A DNA stretch of 63,794 nucleotides, counting the filler, from Octopus bimaculoides (Eukaryota), in the NCBI RefSeq assembly GCF_001194135.2. It is 6 parts of 6 records of this genome, joined end to end, with 100 filler letters (N's around TTAATTAATTAA, not from the genome) between each part and the next. Parts side by side here need not be neighbours in the genome. Positions count along the whole stretch, not along the records: positions 23,167 to 38,558 come from NC_068982.1; 5 more parts are not named here. One strand, 5' to 3'. Made by a program: the position numbers and the translations under genes. Positions 23,067 through 35,251 of the stretch are shown one piece after another. Position 1 is the stretch's first letter. Every line of letters starts with the position of its first letter. The notes beneath the pieces are model-generated. The model was not told the DNA's origin. It did no database searches and worked only from the letters and a program-made list of their open reading frames with translations.

Positions 23067-23166
23067 NNNNNNNNNNNNNNNNNNNNNNNNNNNNNNNNNN
23101 NNNNNNNNNNTTAATTAATTAANNNNNNNNNNNNNNNNNNNNNNNNNNNNNNNNNNNNNNNNNNNN
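23067..23166. other. Artificial scaffold linker (44N-TTAATTAATTAA-44N)
   Basis: Counted directly. Confidence 0.95.
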
Positions 23167-23197
<31 letters not shown>

Positions 23198-23653
23198 GAT
23201 TTCAGGATACAACATTAATAACTTGATTTGCTTATAGTACACTAGTCAATTATCAAATTAAATAATGCATATTTACATAGGAAACAGCAAAGTTCAGCAT
23301 AAAACCATTCTACCTATGTTCTATTTCATCGATCATGCACTGACATGACTGTAAGCAACATCAGACTGTAAGCAGCAACGAACTGCATCTGCTTGCAAAA
23401 CAATGATAAAAAGTTTAAAGTAAAACTATATTAAAGTTACTGCTATTTAGAAACATTTTTTCTCAACCGCTTTCCATGTTGCATCCGAATTCCTTCTAAT
23501 AGGAAATGTTTATGTACTATTATAAACACATGCATACTCACACACCTATATGTATATGTATCGATGTCACTCTGTCTCTCTCTATATATATTTATATATA
23601 TACACCAATAGAAACATTCATATAATTATGTATGTAAGTATTATACACACACA

Positions 23654-23711
<58 letters not shown>

Positions 23712-24166
23712 NNNNNNNNNNNNNNNNNNNNNNNNNNNNNNNNNNNNNNNNNNNNNNNNNNNNNNNNNNNNNNNNNNNNNNNNNNNNNNNNNNNNNNNNN
23801 NNNNNNNNNNNNNNNNNNNNNNNNNNNNNNNNNNNNNNNNNNNNNNNNNNNNNNNNNNNNNNNNNNNNNNNNNNNNNNNNNNNNNNNNNNNNNNNNNNNN
23901 NNNNNNNNNNNNNNNNNNNNNNNNNNNNNNNNNNNNNNNNNNNNNNNNNNNNNNNNNNNNNNNNNNNNNNNNNNNNNNNNNNNNNNNNNNNNNNNNNNNN
24001 NNNNNNNNNNNNNNNNNNNNNNNNNNNNNNNNNNNNNNNNNNNNNNNNNNNNNNNNNNNNNNNNNNNNNNNNNNNNNNNNNNNNNNNNNNNNNNNNNNNN
24101 NNNNNNNNNNNNNNNNNNNNNNNNNNNNNNNNNNNNNNNNNNNNNNNNNNNNNNNNNNNNNNNNNN

Positions 24167-24204
<38 letters not shown>

Positions 24205-24942
24205 ATATAAACACATATGTTCATATGATATATGTAGACGCGCACACAGACGCACGTACACACAGACAGACAAACACGCTCGCACACACTTGCTCACACA
24301 CACACACACATAATATACATATAAGCATGCATACATCTATATGTGTATATCCAATTAAAACTTTGCATTTGTTAAATTGCACTTTCTTTTTGTAGTGAAC
24401 ACATCGGAATTGTCCAAATTTAATTTACCTACTGGAATTTACTCTCGTGTATCACGTGAGTGCTTTATTGCCAACATCCTTTCATGTGCCAATTTTCATC
24501 AAAATCGCAATATGCAAAAACATTGGTTTTAAGTTATTACAATTATATCCAATTAAATAAACAGCCAAGAGCTCCAGGGTGTCTAAATTCTGCATTCCTA
24601 ACTAAAATCGAAGCCAAACAATTGATCTTATTTCTGTTCCATGTTTTAAATTGAACTGGAAAATGAGACCAAGATTTTTCTATAATACGTTTTCTTTAAT
24701 TATTCAAGGCAATGTTCATCGAAGGTGCCAACATATTTGGGAATTCTTATAACTTATTAACTTTTACTACATATAATTTTGACTTTCGTATTTCTGGAAC
24801 AGTGAAATATCTAATTCAAAACCTGTTGGACGAAAGAGAAGTCATTTATAAGAGAATGATAATTATTTTAGGAGACGAAACTCTAACAAAGAGACAAAGA
24901 AACTTTTGTGAAACAAATTATATGTACGTCTGTATGTATGTA

Positions 24943-25215
24943 TGCCTTCATCGCATTTTTGACATTAAAGGGAGTTCTTATAATCCAAACACGGTTGTCC
25001 TTGTATCTGCAGGCGTCACCTCAATTAAAGTTATGGTTGTGAGAAACAAAATGAGATGGTGTGGCCATATTGTTCGAATGCAGGATGAATGCACGCCCAA
25101 ACAACTGTTTTATGGTGAGATTGCAGCGGGGAAACGCTATCGGCGAAAACCTAAAAAAAAAAAAGGTTTATGGACGGCATAAGAACTACTATGAAACCAC
25201 TTGGAATGGATCCTT
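24943..25215 (+). mobile_element. RTE LINE 3' fragment
   Basis: CLHRIFDIK...RNKMRWCGHIVRMQDECTPKQLFYGEIAAGKR...KP. Confidence 0.85.
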
Positions 25216-25239
25216 TCTTTTGCTGGTCTCAAAGCACAT

Positions 25240-25620
25240 TTGCGATGGTATAGGTACACGCCAGAAAAGGTCACAGAAAATGAGAAAGCAACAACACCAT
25301 GGGATATGCCAATACGCACATAGAGAGAAATTAAGGCCAATAGGCCATATATGGTTGTCAGAAATCATGAAGAAATCATGAACAAAAATTGATGTATCAA
25401 TACCAAAATATTGCGTTTCTCTAAAAGAAATGGAGAAGCTTTCAAAATACAAAGACCTGGAAATAGAAGTAACTCGAATGTGGAGTCTATAAAGAGAAAC
25501 AATTCCTATCATAGTGGGCGCATTAGGTGTAATATAAAATATTCAGACAAATACATAACAAAAACACCAGGACTAACAAATATATATAACATACACAAAA
25601 CAACACTACTAGGCACGGGG
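25240..25620 (+). mobile_element. R4/Dong-like RLE retrotransposon, endonuclease end (subfamily 1)
   Basis: WYRYTPEKVTENEKA..WDMPI...IKANRP...IDVSIP...KEMEKLSKYKDLEIEVTRMW...IPIIVGALG...LLGT; near-identical to 39086-39590 on the other strand. Confidence 0.85.
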
Positions 25621-26735
25621 GAGGTTATGAATCAGATAGAATAGACGGGCTATAAGTACTTGGAGATATTGGAAATGGATAAATTTATGGAGAAAGAAAT
25701 GACAGAAAACTTTAAGGTGGAGTACTTGTGCTGACTGAGACTGACCCTTAAGTCGAAATTAAACGGGCAGAATAAGATTGAAGCTATTAACAACTGGGCG
25801 GTTTCACTTCTTATATATGGAGCAAGGTTAATCGCATGGACAGTAGACAAACTAAACAGCTTAGACAGAAAGACAAGGAAGTTGCTGACTAGATATGGGA
25901 TACTCCACCCAAAACGTGACACATATAGGCTATATACCAAGAACAAGAGGGGGAAAAGGACTGATTGATGCGAATACACATTAGAGCAGAATAAAACAAC
26001 ATAGCATGGTATGTAAAAAATGCCACAGAACCACTATTATTGGAAGTAAGAAGGTCAGGCTTGTGTAGGATGGAAGACTGCAAAGATAAAGCACTGTACA
26101 AGTATGTGAGAATAAATGAAACTAAAATAAGTGAATAAAGAAAGGAATGATGGACAATTTGATAGGGATGCTGAAGATAATACAGACAGAGAAAAAAGAT
26201 GGCTGTGGATGAATAAAAGTGATTTAAAACCAGAAACGTAGACTCTAGCCTTTGCTGCCCAAGTGCAAGTACAAACAACGAATTACATCAAATACAGAAT
26301 AGACAATATATCAGAAAGTGATAAGTGCAGAATTTGTGGACAAAATGGTGAAACTGTATGACATATTACTAGTCAGTGTACCACTAACTCAGAAAGGATA
26401 TAAGAGATGTCATGACAATATACCAAGGATTGTCGATTGGACACTTTCCAACAAAGATGGACTTGACAGACAAAACTGTGGTACGAACATAAACCCGAAG
26501 ATATCATCGAAAATAATAAAGCAAAGATCCTATGAAATTTTATGATTCAGTGCAATCATGAGATAAAGAATAGGAAGCCAGGCACAGTGTTAAATGAGAA
26601 AGAAAGCAAAAGGTGCTGGATCATAGATATAGTATGCCCAGCTGACAACAATGTATGCGATAAGGAAGAAAGAACAGTCGATAGACATGACAGGTTAACT
26701 TGGAAGGTTAAGCAGTTGTGGTTGATGATAGTGAA
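25621..26735 (+). mobile_element. R4/Dong-like RLE retrotransposon (subfamily 2): RT C-terminus, CCHC knuckle, RLE
   Basis: YKYLEI...SKLNGQNKIEAINNWAVS...LDRKTRKLL...HPK....RLY.PR..GGKGL...KCRICGQNGETV*HI.SQC...RKP...IIDIVCPAD. Confidence 0.88.
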
Positions 26736-26781
26736 CAGCTGGCACCGTAGTACATCTACAGCGATAGAAGTTGTGCAAAGC

Positions 26782-26822
<41 letters not shown>

Positions 26823-26829
26823 TAATAAT
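26782..26829. repeat. (AAT)n microsatellite
   Basis: Direct reading. Confidence 0.95.
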
Positions 26830-27299
26830 TGGCCCGATGCATTACCAGGCAATGCCTCTCGTGTCGTCTGACCTTAGCTGATTGGAAGTGTTATCATGTA
26901 CATTATTTTGTCCTGGTATAAAAGATGGGCTACAGCAAATATTCCGCTCAATACCACCGATTTGCTTCTCAGTTGTTTGATCTTAACCGACTGAGCATGT
27001 CCCTTTGTGGCTAAGGATATGTGCATCTCTGATCACGAGCAGAAGTAGTGGAGGAGCATCATAGCCATATGTTGAGAGGAATTCTTTGGAGTTTGGATAA
27101 TTCAACTCCGGAAACATGAGTGTTTCGTTCATCATCCTTAAACAAACCTTATTTAGGGAGCTTTTGAGCGAGATGCGCTGTTTATCTTGATATGAAATCA
27201 CCATGTCCCGCACATATAGTTGTTATCCGTGACCCCAGCGTCACTTTGATGGCAGGCACTGCTCCCTCACTCAATAATGATTATGATAACAGTTTTAAA

Positions 27300-27978
27300 T
27301 TTTACTACAAGGGCAGTCATTTTTTGGGAGGAGATGTGCTGATTCCATCGACCCCAGTTTTTCACTGGTACTTGTTTTATCGACCCCAGAAGGATGAAAG
27401 CAAAGTCGAACCTCGGTGGAATTTGAACTCAGAACGTAGCGAAGTGGAAATTCCCGCATGCTAGCGACACTGACAGTTTGCCGTCTTAATAATAATAATA
27501 ATAATGATAATAATAATAATAATAATAATAACAATAATAATTCTTTCTGCTGGAGGCACAAGGCTTCATATTTGTGGGAACGGGAATAGTTAGTTACATC
27601 GACCTCAGTGTTTCATTGGTACTTTATTTATTCAACCCGAAAGGATGAAGAGCAAAGTCCACCTCAGTGGAATTTGAACTCAGAACGTAGCGATAGAAGA
27701 AATACCGCCAGGCATTTCGTCCAGCGTGCTAACGATTCTGCCAGCTCGCCGCCTTAACAGTAATAATAATCTTTTCTACCTTAGGCACAAGGCCTGCATT
27801 TTTGTGGGAAGGGGAGATAATCGATCCCAGCGACCTCAGTACTTCACTGGCACTTAATTAATCGATTCCGAAAGGATGAAAGGCAAAGTCGACCTCGGCG
27901 GAATTTGAACTCAGAAAGTAGCGACAGGCGAAAAACCGCTAAGCATTTTGTCCAGCGTGCTAACAATTCTACCGGCTT
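27300..27978 (-). mobile_element. Three consecutive SINE family A copies (about 27300-27487, 27541-27755, 27771-27978) separated by (AAT)n
   Basis: Each has GGATGAA.G.CAAAGTC.ACCTC.G.GGAATTTGAACTCAGAA.GTAGCG. Confidence 0.85.
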
Positions 27979-27993
27979 GATAATTCGCCACCA

Positions 27994-27994
<1 letters not shown>

Positions 27995-28046
<52 letters not shown>

Positions 28047-28048
28047 AT

Positions 28049-28103
<55 letters not shown>

Positions 28104-28105
28104 TT
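27995..28105. repeat. (CTA)n(AAT)n compound microsatellite
   Basis: Direct reading. Confidence 0.95.
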
Positions 28106-29759
28106 ATCAATTGTTGTAATTGCATCAGTTTTTGTTATACCTTATATCCAGATTACTGAGTAAGTTTGCGTATATGAACGTTCATTTTATCCTAACAGTT
28201 TTACGAGCAGTGTTTACGATTTCTACATTTCTTTCTTTTGTTTTTGGCTCTAATCAGTGACACAATGTATCTAATAGATTATAGACCGGAGTTAGTGAAC
28301 CGACAATGATCGATCGAAAGACAACGGTTGCGTGTATTCTACCTCGTAGTCATGCTAAACCTCAATTCAATTACGTCATTGATAGTTTTCACGTTTACAC
28401 ACATGCAGCAGACATATGATTAAACGAATCTATCTGTGATCACTACATAATTTATTCCTATGAAGTGCATATATCTGTCGGTTTACATGAAAAATATCAT
28501 GGACTTTGGAGGAAATTTGGCTACTGTTTGTAGCACAATTTTCAACCACGTAGATGGGAGCACGTAATGCAATAATCCCTATTATGTATATGCATGACGC
28601 AATAAAACGTTCCAATAATCGTTCATTTCTGAGTATTTATAGATTGACTAAATCCTTTCCTCCCCAATCAAATCGCTAAAATAATAAAGATTATAACCAA
28701 GAAAGAATTATAATTAACAACTTAATAAACAGATAAAACATAAGGGTGCAAATACATATGAATACAAAAGGATTTCTTCATTTATTGCATTTCAAATTTA
28801 TGTTTTACATGTAAATAAAAATATTAGTGTTCGGGCACTAGAGATATCAATGATTTATATGAGTGTTAAGGTAATAAATTACTTGATAGTGTTATGGATA
28901 TCCATTTTAAAACAGTGCCAGTGGCCATAATATAACTGTCAATATGGTGATGCAGAATTTATGGTCTCTATATTTAATAAATCATGTGAGGAAGTAGGTA
29001 GTAAATCTAAGCAATTTCACATATGAACAAAAAAATTACGATACCGTGGCACATGAGTAAAATTTTAGCTTCTTCTTGTTGGTACAGAGAGAGTGAGCAA
29101 GAGAGAGAGACAGTGAAAGAGAGGGAGGAGAGAGGAAATTGTATATATTTTGCTCTTTATATACACACACATACTAACACAATACATATACACATATGCT
29201 TTTAAGCATACGTGCGTGTGTGTATGGCAGGTCAGAGAGGGATCATTGGTTTTGGAACCATAAGGCGCCTAGCCGTATACCAGATTCGCCAGACTCATAT
29301 GGAGGGGAAAAAAACGTCACGGTCAGTTAATTTCATAAACACGAAACATTCCGCAACGAAAGTCTTCTAGCGAAGCCTTCAGCGAGGCGAATTTATCTCC
29401 CTTTGCCCACTCAAAGCTGGTAGCATGTTTTTAGACGTCAAATGGTAAGTTCCATGTTTTCCCCATGAATTTTCTCTGATGAGGGCACTCACTAAACATC
29501 TCTATTTTGGAGTTTAAAAAGGACTCTGGGTTGCGTGTATTTTTCAGGATTCTTACTCTTTAAACCAAGCGAAACCAAGATCCCTTTGATAAATGGTGCC
29601 GGTTCTCGGAGCCACCATGTAATAATGTATAGCGTAGCTAACTTCTTTAAAGGCCATATATAGCTGGCCAGAGACGTTATGTGCTTGCCTAGTATTCTAA
29701 AGGTGGACCTGCGGTTGCTCAGATGACACTTGAAAGGTTGCCTGTGAATCCCACACATT

Positions 29760-30150
29760 TCGTGTCTTTGCTGTTTTGCTGGTAGTGTGACAGCTGATGG
29801 TGATACTGTTATTATCGCTGTCAATGCTACTAGTGCCTCTGTTGTTGTTAGTGCTACCACTAGTGCTGGGGCTGTTATCATTGCTGTTGTTGCTGTCATG
29901 GCTGGATGCAACCTTGGTGCTGCGGTTCCCGCCAACAAGGCCGCTGTTGCTGCCACTGCAGGACGCACTGCTGGTGCTTTTTCTGCTGTTAGTATTGGTA
30001 TCGTAGCTGCTGCAACTTGACGCGCTGGGTCAATACCACCGTCGTCGTCGCCACCGTTGCAAATTCAGTCGCTGTTGTTTTCGGCGCCCTCGCTGCTGTT
30101 ATAGCCAAATCTGCCGCTGCTGTCGCCAGCGCCGGTCACCACCTCAATCT
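29760..30150. repeat. GC-rich degenerate trinucleotide-periodic tract (GCT/GTT/GGT on +)
   Basis: Several frames on both strands stay open with Ala/Val- or Ser/Asn-rich low complexity. Confidence 0.6.
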
Positions 30151-30252
30151 CGTACACTACACATTCGAGTCTCCTATGCACCAATTAAGTAATACTGCGC
30201 CTAATTCGTGAGAAAACAAATAGTCTACTACTTCAATATCCTAGAGTGTACA

Positions 30253-30314
30253 TATGTATGTATGTATGTAAGTATGTATGTATGTATGAATGTATGCATG
30301 TATGTATGTATGTA

Positions 30315-30397
<83 letters not shown>

Positions 30398-30413
30398 ATA
30401 TATATATATGTAT
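30253..30413. repeat. (TATG)n(ATCT)n(TA)n microsatellite
   Basis: Direct reading. Confidence 0.95.
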
Positions 30414-30476
30414 NNNNNNNNNNNNNNNNNNNNNNNNNNNNNNNNNNNNNNNNNNNNNNNNNNNNNNNNNNNNNNN

Positions 30477-30509
<33 letters not shown>

Positions 30510-31080
30510 TATACACATACACACATCAGGTTATATATAATCTGACATGCGCAACAGAAGCAGTAATGAATTAAAATAGCCATCTATGTGTCATACGTAA
30601 TGTATATACATCATTGACAGGCAACTTGTGCTGCTTTTCGCCTGAGATAAAATCTGCTATAGATATGATGTGTTGAAAAGCACAATATATATCAGAGGGA
30701 GAGGAAACATCATCCCAGTAGTGGGTAGCAGGAACAACAGATGCATTTCGGCCTTGTTAGCACTTATGAATGACGTGTAGTCAGAACCACGCCTAGATAA
30801 AATCTGTAGTCTCTGATGGAGGAATATGGTGAATAATGTATAGTCTAGTATTGCGAATAGATGCCGAGCTGAATAAATTATTGGTGCATGCAAGTAATGC
30901 AGTATTAAATTAAAATAGCTATCTATGTATCGTATTTAAAACAGACAATGCACGGGCGAGTTACTACGGTTTTGATCCAAGATGAAATCTTTATTGGACG
31001 TACTGTAATTTAAAATGTAATATATATCAGTAGAAGAAGGAATAAAAATCGTAGTAACTTGATCCACATATAGATTAAGA

Positions 31081-31140
<60 letters not shown>

Positions 31141-32675
31141 ATATCATATACATCGCTGGGATAGTAAATATATTTAGACAAGTTACTGATGTGAGGATAG
31201 TTGCCAAAACAATTGAATATCGCACGACGTTACCAAGGGCAGCAAAATAATTACTTTTGGATTTCCTGCTTCCTCGATTGTGTTTTGTTCCACTGACGGA
31301 AAATATATGAAAGAACTGTGTATAATTAAAAGACGTATGTAACACATGGAAAACTGAAATTTAAAATCTAGAGTCGCATGTGTTATTCATTTCACTATTT
31401 GTGCATATGGATCTTGTTTTTGAAACATATTTATGTTTGATTTTACACATTTTTATTTCGATCTCAGATATAAAGCACCATTGTGAGGTGAGAATTTATG
31501 CATAAATAATATAAAAGCATTTTAAATGCTTTGAGAATCAATTTAATACACACATACACACATACACACACAAACACAAATACGCAGTCACACACCCACT
31601 TGCACACGCATTCTTTAACGAGATATCTTTTCAGGAGGTGAGCTGAGCCATGAAGGTGATTTGGTTGCTATTTGCAACAGGTCGTTCGACCATAAGTAGG
31701 TTTTCACATTAGTTCGGGTAGAGGTATATTTAAAAAAGATAAATATATAAGAAGCAAATGAGCTGAAAGAAGTGAAACCGAGCCAAAAGTGCGAATGACT
31801 TCAATGTAAAATGTATTTAATATAACTTATATTAATGGGATAAGTGTAGCAGATGTTGGAGTTGGAAAGGGAAGAAATTACTCTGAACATCGCGGATGAA
31901 TCAATAAAGAATTCAGTAAAGCAAGCCATAAACCTTTGTTGCATTTCTAAATGAAACAAGGTAATTTATAAAAGACATCTAGGACACGTGATACAACACC
32001 TGCTAATGGCTTGCGAAATAGAAATTATGCAAATTAACAGAATTTATGATCTGAAACTATGCAGCTTTAAGACTTTGATAATTTCTTTTATCAAGCATTT
32101 AATTCGCAGAAAAATGGTGTTAAAAATCGTTGATGTTATTCCTTGGGTTTAATAATACATCTGTAAATTATTACGATAAACTCAACTAATAATATTTATC
32201 CCACAAGAAAATGTAATACTCATATGTTTCAGTTATAAGTTGATTATTTCGTTCTATTCGAACAATTTTCTACCTCCTTAGTCTTGGACAACGTGCATTT
32301 CAAACCCTTATTTCGGAACACAAACGTGGTCGTAGACTTCATAATACTTTTGTGTTCTCTCCTGTCGATCTCTTTATTGATACAGTAAAACTTGCATCTC
32401 AGTAATCAATCAACTCTTTTCCTCAGAGTCAGAATGATTGTCAAATCTCTGCAAAACTTATGTCAGACACGAAATAAAATACTACTCCCATATCACGAGC
32501 GGGATTACTAACTCACTGTATATAGATCAAGGATAAGTATCATAAACGAGTCCATGAGACTGTCATGCACTTTATTGATAAACATCTCTCAACATTACAG
32601 TCCGACATCTAATCTTCAGATGCGAACACACTGCACTCTGCTGCAACCGTAGTTGCTTTCGCTGCTGCTGCCGCA

Positions 32676-32742
<67 letters not shown>

Positions 32743-33784
32743 TTATGAACTGCCATGTTACATGCGGTTTTCCCCTGGGCCGCTCGGCACATCCCTCTGC
32801 CCTCCTTTTGTTAGACACAATCAGAACCTTCCACTAATCACTAACCTATTCTTTCTCAGATGTCAATTCCCTTGAGGCTCATCCCGCTTATTTTTAATTT
32901 GTACAGTCTGTTAAATTACTGTTCTCTAACCAAAGCGTCAACCACATGAATCTCACCAGCTGCAGAAAAGAAGCAAATTCCACAAGCAGAACTCTTTCCT
33001 TCGCCATCAAAACCATTAAAAATAATTTATACTGATACAGTCCGCTTAAAGAAGTGACATCTAGTCTATTCATAGCTAACTATTTTGCGTTCTTCTCCCA
33101 TTAATTTACCAAAATTATATTAATCATAAACATTCCGTCACAATGCACACGAAACCATCAGAACTCACATAAATCTTATATTCGATACATTTCAAGAATC
33201 TTGAGTTATAATGAATATTGTATGAAAACATAATTTCAGCAAACCGTGATAAATTGACGAAGTTCTAACTAAACATAGCTTTAGTGCAGGATCTATTTCC
33301 AGTACCATTGTAAATAAGTTTTATACGTATCTAATAATATCGTTACTATGGAACCAACTCTCCACCTACCCACTGAGCAAACAATGCAACTGTAATTGCT
33401 ATGTTTATAATTGACAGTAATTCAAAGTAATTCATCTTTTTTTTCTTTTTAAATAGTGTGTTTCATGCACTTCATCGTATCATTACTTTCATAAAAGACT
33501 CATTTACAAACACAAAAGTTTGGAATGACAATAAACTTTTTAAAGTATCAATAGACATAAATATGTGTGAGAGCATGAGACGAATTCACGTTTTGATTCT
33601 GTGTTATGAAGCGTCTTCTATTTGTATACAAATATGATTAAAAATATATCAGCTTGTTGTTTAATTTTAGTATCGTCTAAAACTATTAAACACGCACAGT
33701 TACGCTCGCAGACATAACTAAGTGATACGAAAATGAACTAAGACAAAGTTTTGATTTCAAATTTTGACACAAGATCAGCAATAT

Positions 33785-33958
33785 CGGGGGAAGAGTTACG
33801 TCGATTACATCGACCGCAGGGTCCAGCTGGTACCCAATTCAACCTCTCCGAAAGGACGGAAGGCAAAGTCATCCTCGGCGGAATTTGAGCTCAGAACGCT
33901 AAGGCTGAACGAAATGCTGATAAGCTTCTTGCTAACGATTCTGCTCGCTTGCAGCCTT
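33785..33958 (-). mobile_element. SINE family A, diverged
   Basis: GTCGATTACATCGACC...GGCAAAGTCATCCTCGGCGGAATTTGAGCTCAGAACG. Confidence 0.8.
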
Positions 33959-34214
33959 AAACTAAGGGAAATATTACAGGGGATAATGATATGAATTTGA
34001 GCAGCAGAGACGAATATGAGTTTATTGTAAACTATAAAACATAGATCCTTGGTTTAATGTAATTTTCTCTGCTTCCAGACATAGAACAATTACTTGGTGG
34101 CATCTGAGAAAGAATCCAAAGAAGGTTTGTTATTATCAAGAATGAATAATTCTCCAAAATAAACAATGCCATTAGGGAAAAGATAATGTGATTGTCTAAA
34201 TTAAAACATGCGTG

Positions 34215-34268
34215 CATATATGTGCGTACGCGCATATATGTGCGTACGCGCATATATGTGCGTACGCG
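34215..34268. repeat. 18-bp tandem repeat x3 (CATATATGTGCGTACGCG)
   Basis: Three exact copies. Confidence 0.95.
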
Positions 34269-34370
34269 CGCTCACGCACGCACACACACACACGTGCATA
34301 TATGGTACTCGCGTGAGTACCATATATCGAATTGAGAAACGATAACTACATATGGAATAGTGTACCAATC

Positions 34371-34736
34371 ATGGATAGAACATCTATTTGTAGGAAACTA
34401 TTTGAGAGATCACATGATCTGAAAATCCATCAGGTCAATATGAAGGTCGCGCAGATTGTGCAAGTTCCATAGCGTACAGGAACCAACAATGATGAGATGC
34501 AGATGCAAGTTCTGAATGAACCTCAAATTTCCAGGCTTCTGCACAAGCCTCATACCTACGTGGAGTAACGAAGTACCGTCGAGCTAACAAAGAGGTGTCA
34601 CAGATCTAGTTTTTCGAAGACGCTGTATAAACCTTGCGAGCAAGGCCCAAGAGTGATGCTGATCTGTTGCGTCCAGATATAGACAACCATCATGATCAAT
34701 ATTGAAGCCGAGTGTTTCGGAATTCTGTCAGTGTAG
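34371..34736 (+). pseudogene. N-terminal relic of a HERO-like (RLE-bearing) non-LTR retrotransposon ORF
   Basis: SICRKLFERSHDLKIHQVNMK...VP*RTG; RANK...FFEDAV...KSDADLLR; TTIMINIEAECFG. Collinear with the recalled HERO N-terminus (C..C.K.....LKIHQ.RMKC...QRTG...QFDEDV...KGDAD.RL.TMTTII....ERFG). Confidence 0.6.
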
Positions 34737-34919
34737 TTGCTGCAATTAGTTCCCCAAAATACATCATTATAAAGAACAAACGATCTCAGGATCGTTTATT
34801 ATAGATATTCCATCTGTTTCTGCAACTTTTGTAATACAGAGCAGTAACTTTCAGTTTTTAAGAAAAGCAGATATCTACAGAGGGCTGTGTCTGAAATAAA
34901 CTGCCAGGGGAGACAGGAT

Positions 34920-35251
34920 AAAAGGTAAGGACCGCCTTCGGTCATTTATGACCATGGGATTGCACTTAGAAAGTTCCCCTGCGGGGCACAAGTTCAGGCA
35001 AAGGTGTTTATGGAAGACCAGCAGTCGCCCATGCATATCAGCCTCTTCTCTTCACGCTACTGATGTTATCCAAGGGTATTAAAGCTTGGCACCAATAACG
35101 ATGCAACTCATTTTTACAGTTGAGTGAACTGGAACAACATGAAATAAAGTGTCTTGCTCAAGCACTCAATACAGAGCTCGGTACTGGAATCGACCTCATT
35201 AACTCATGATAGTGTGTCCGACGCTCTAAACACTAAACCATGCGCCTTCAC
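34920..35251 (-). mobile_element. tRNA-derived SINE family C
   Basis: Minus strand: GTGAAGGCGCATGGTTTAGTGTTTAGAGCG (A-box-like), GGTCGATTCC (B-box-like), TTGAGCAAGACACTTTATTTCA block; related fragment near 61060-61085. Confidence 0.7.

Noticed and set aside
26835-27265. Unclassified GC-richer interval I recall as a dispersed repeat
   Set aside because: Only one copy in the window and no diagnostic termini, so it cannot be supported from this sequence.
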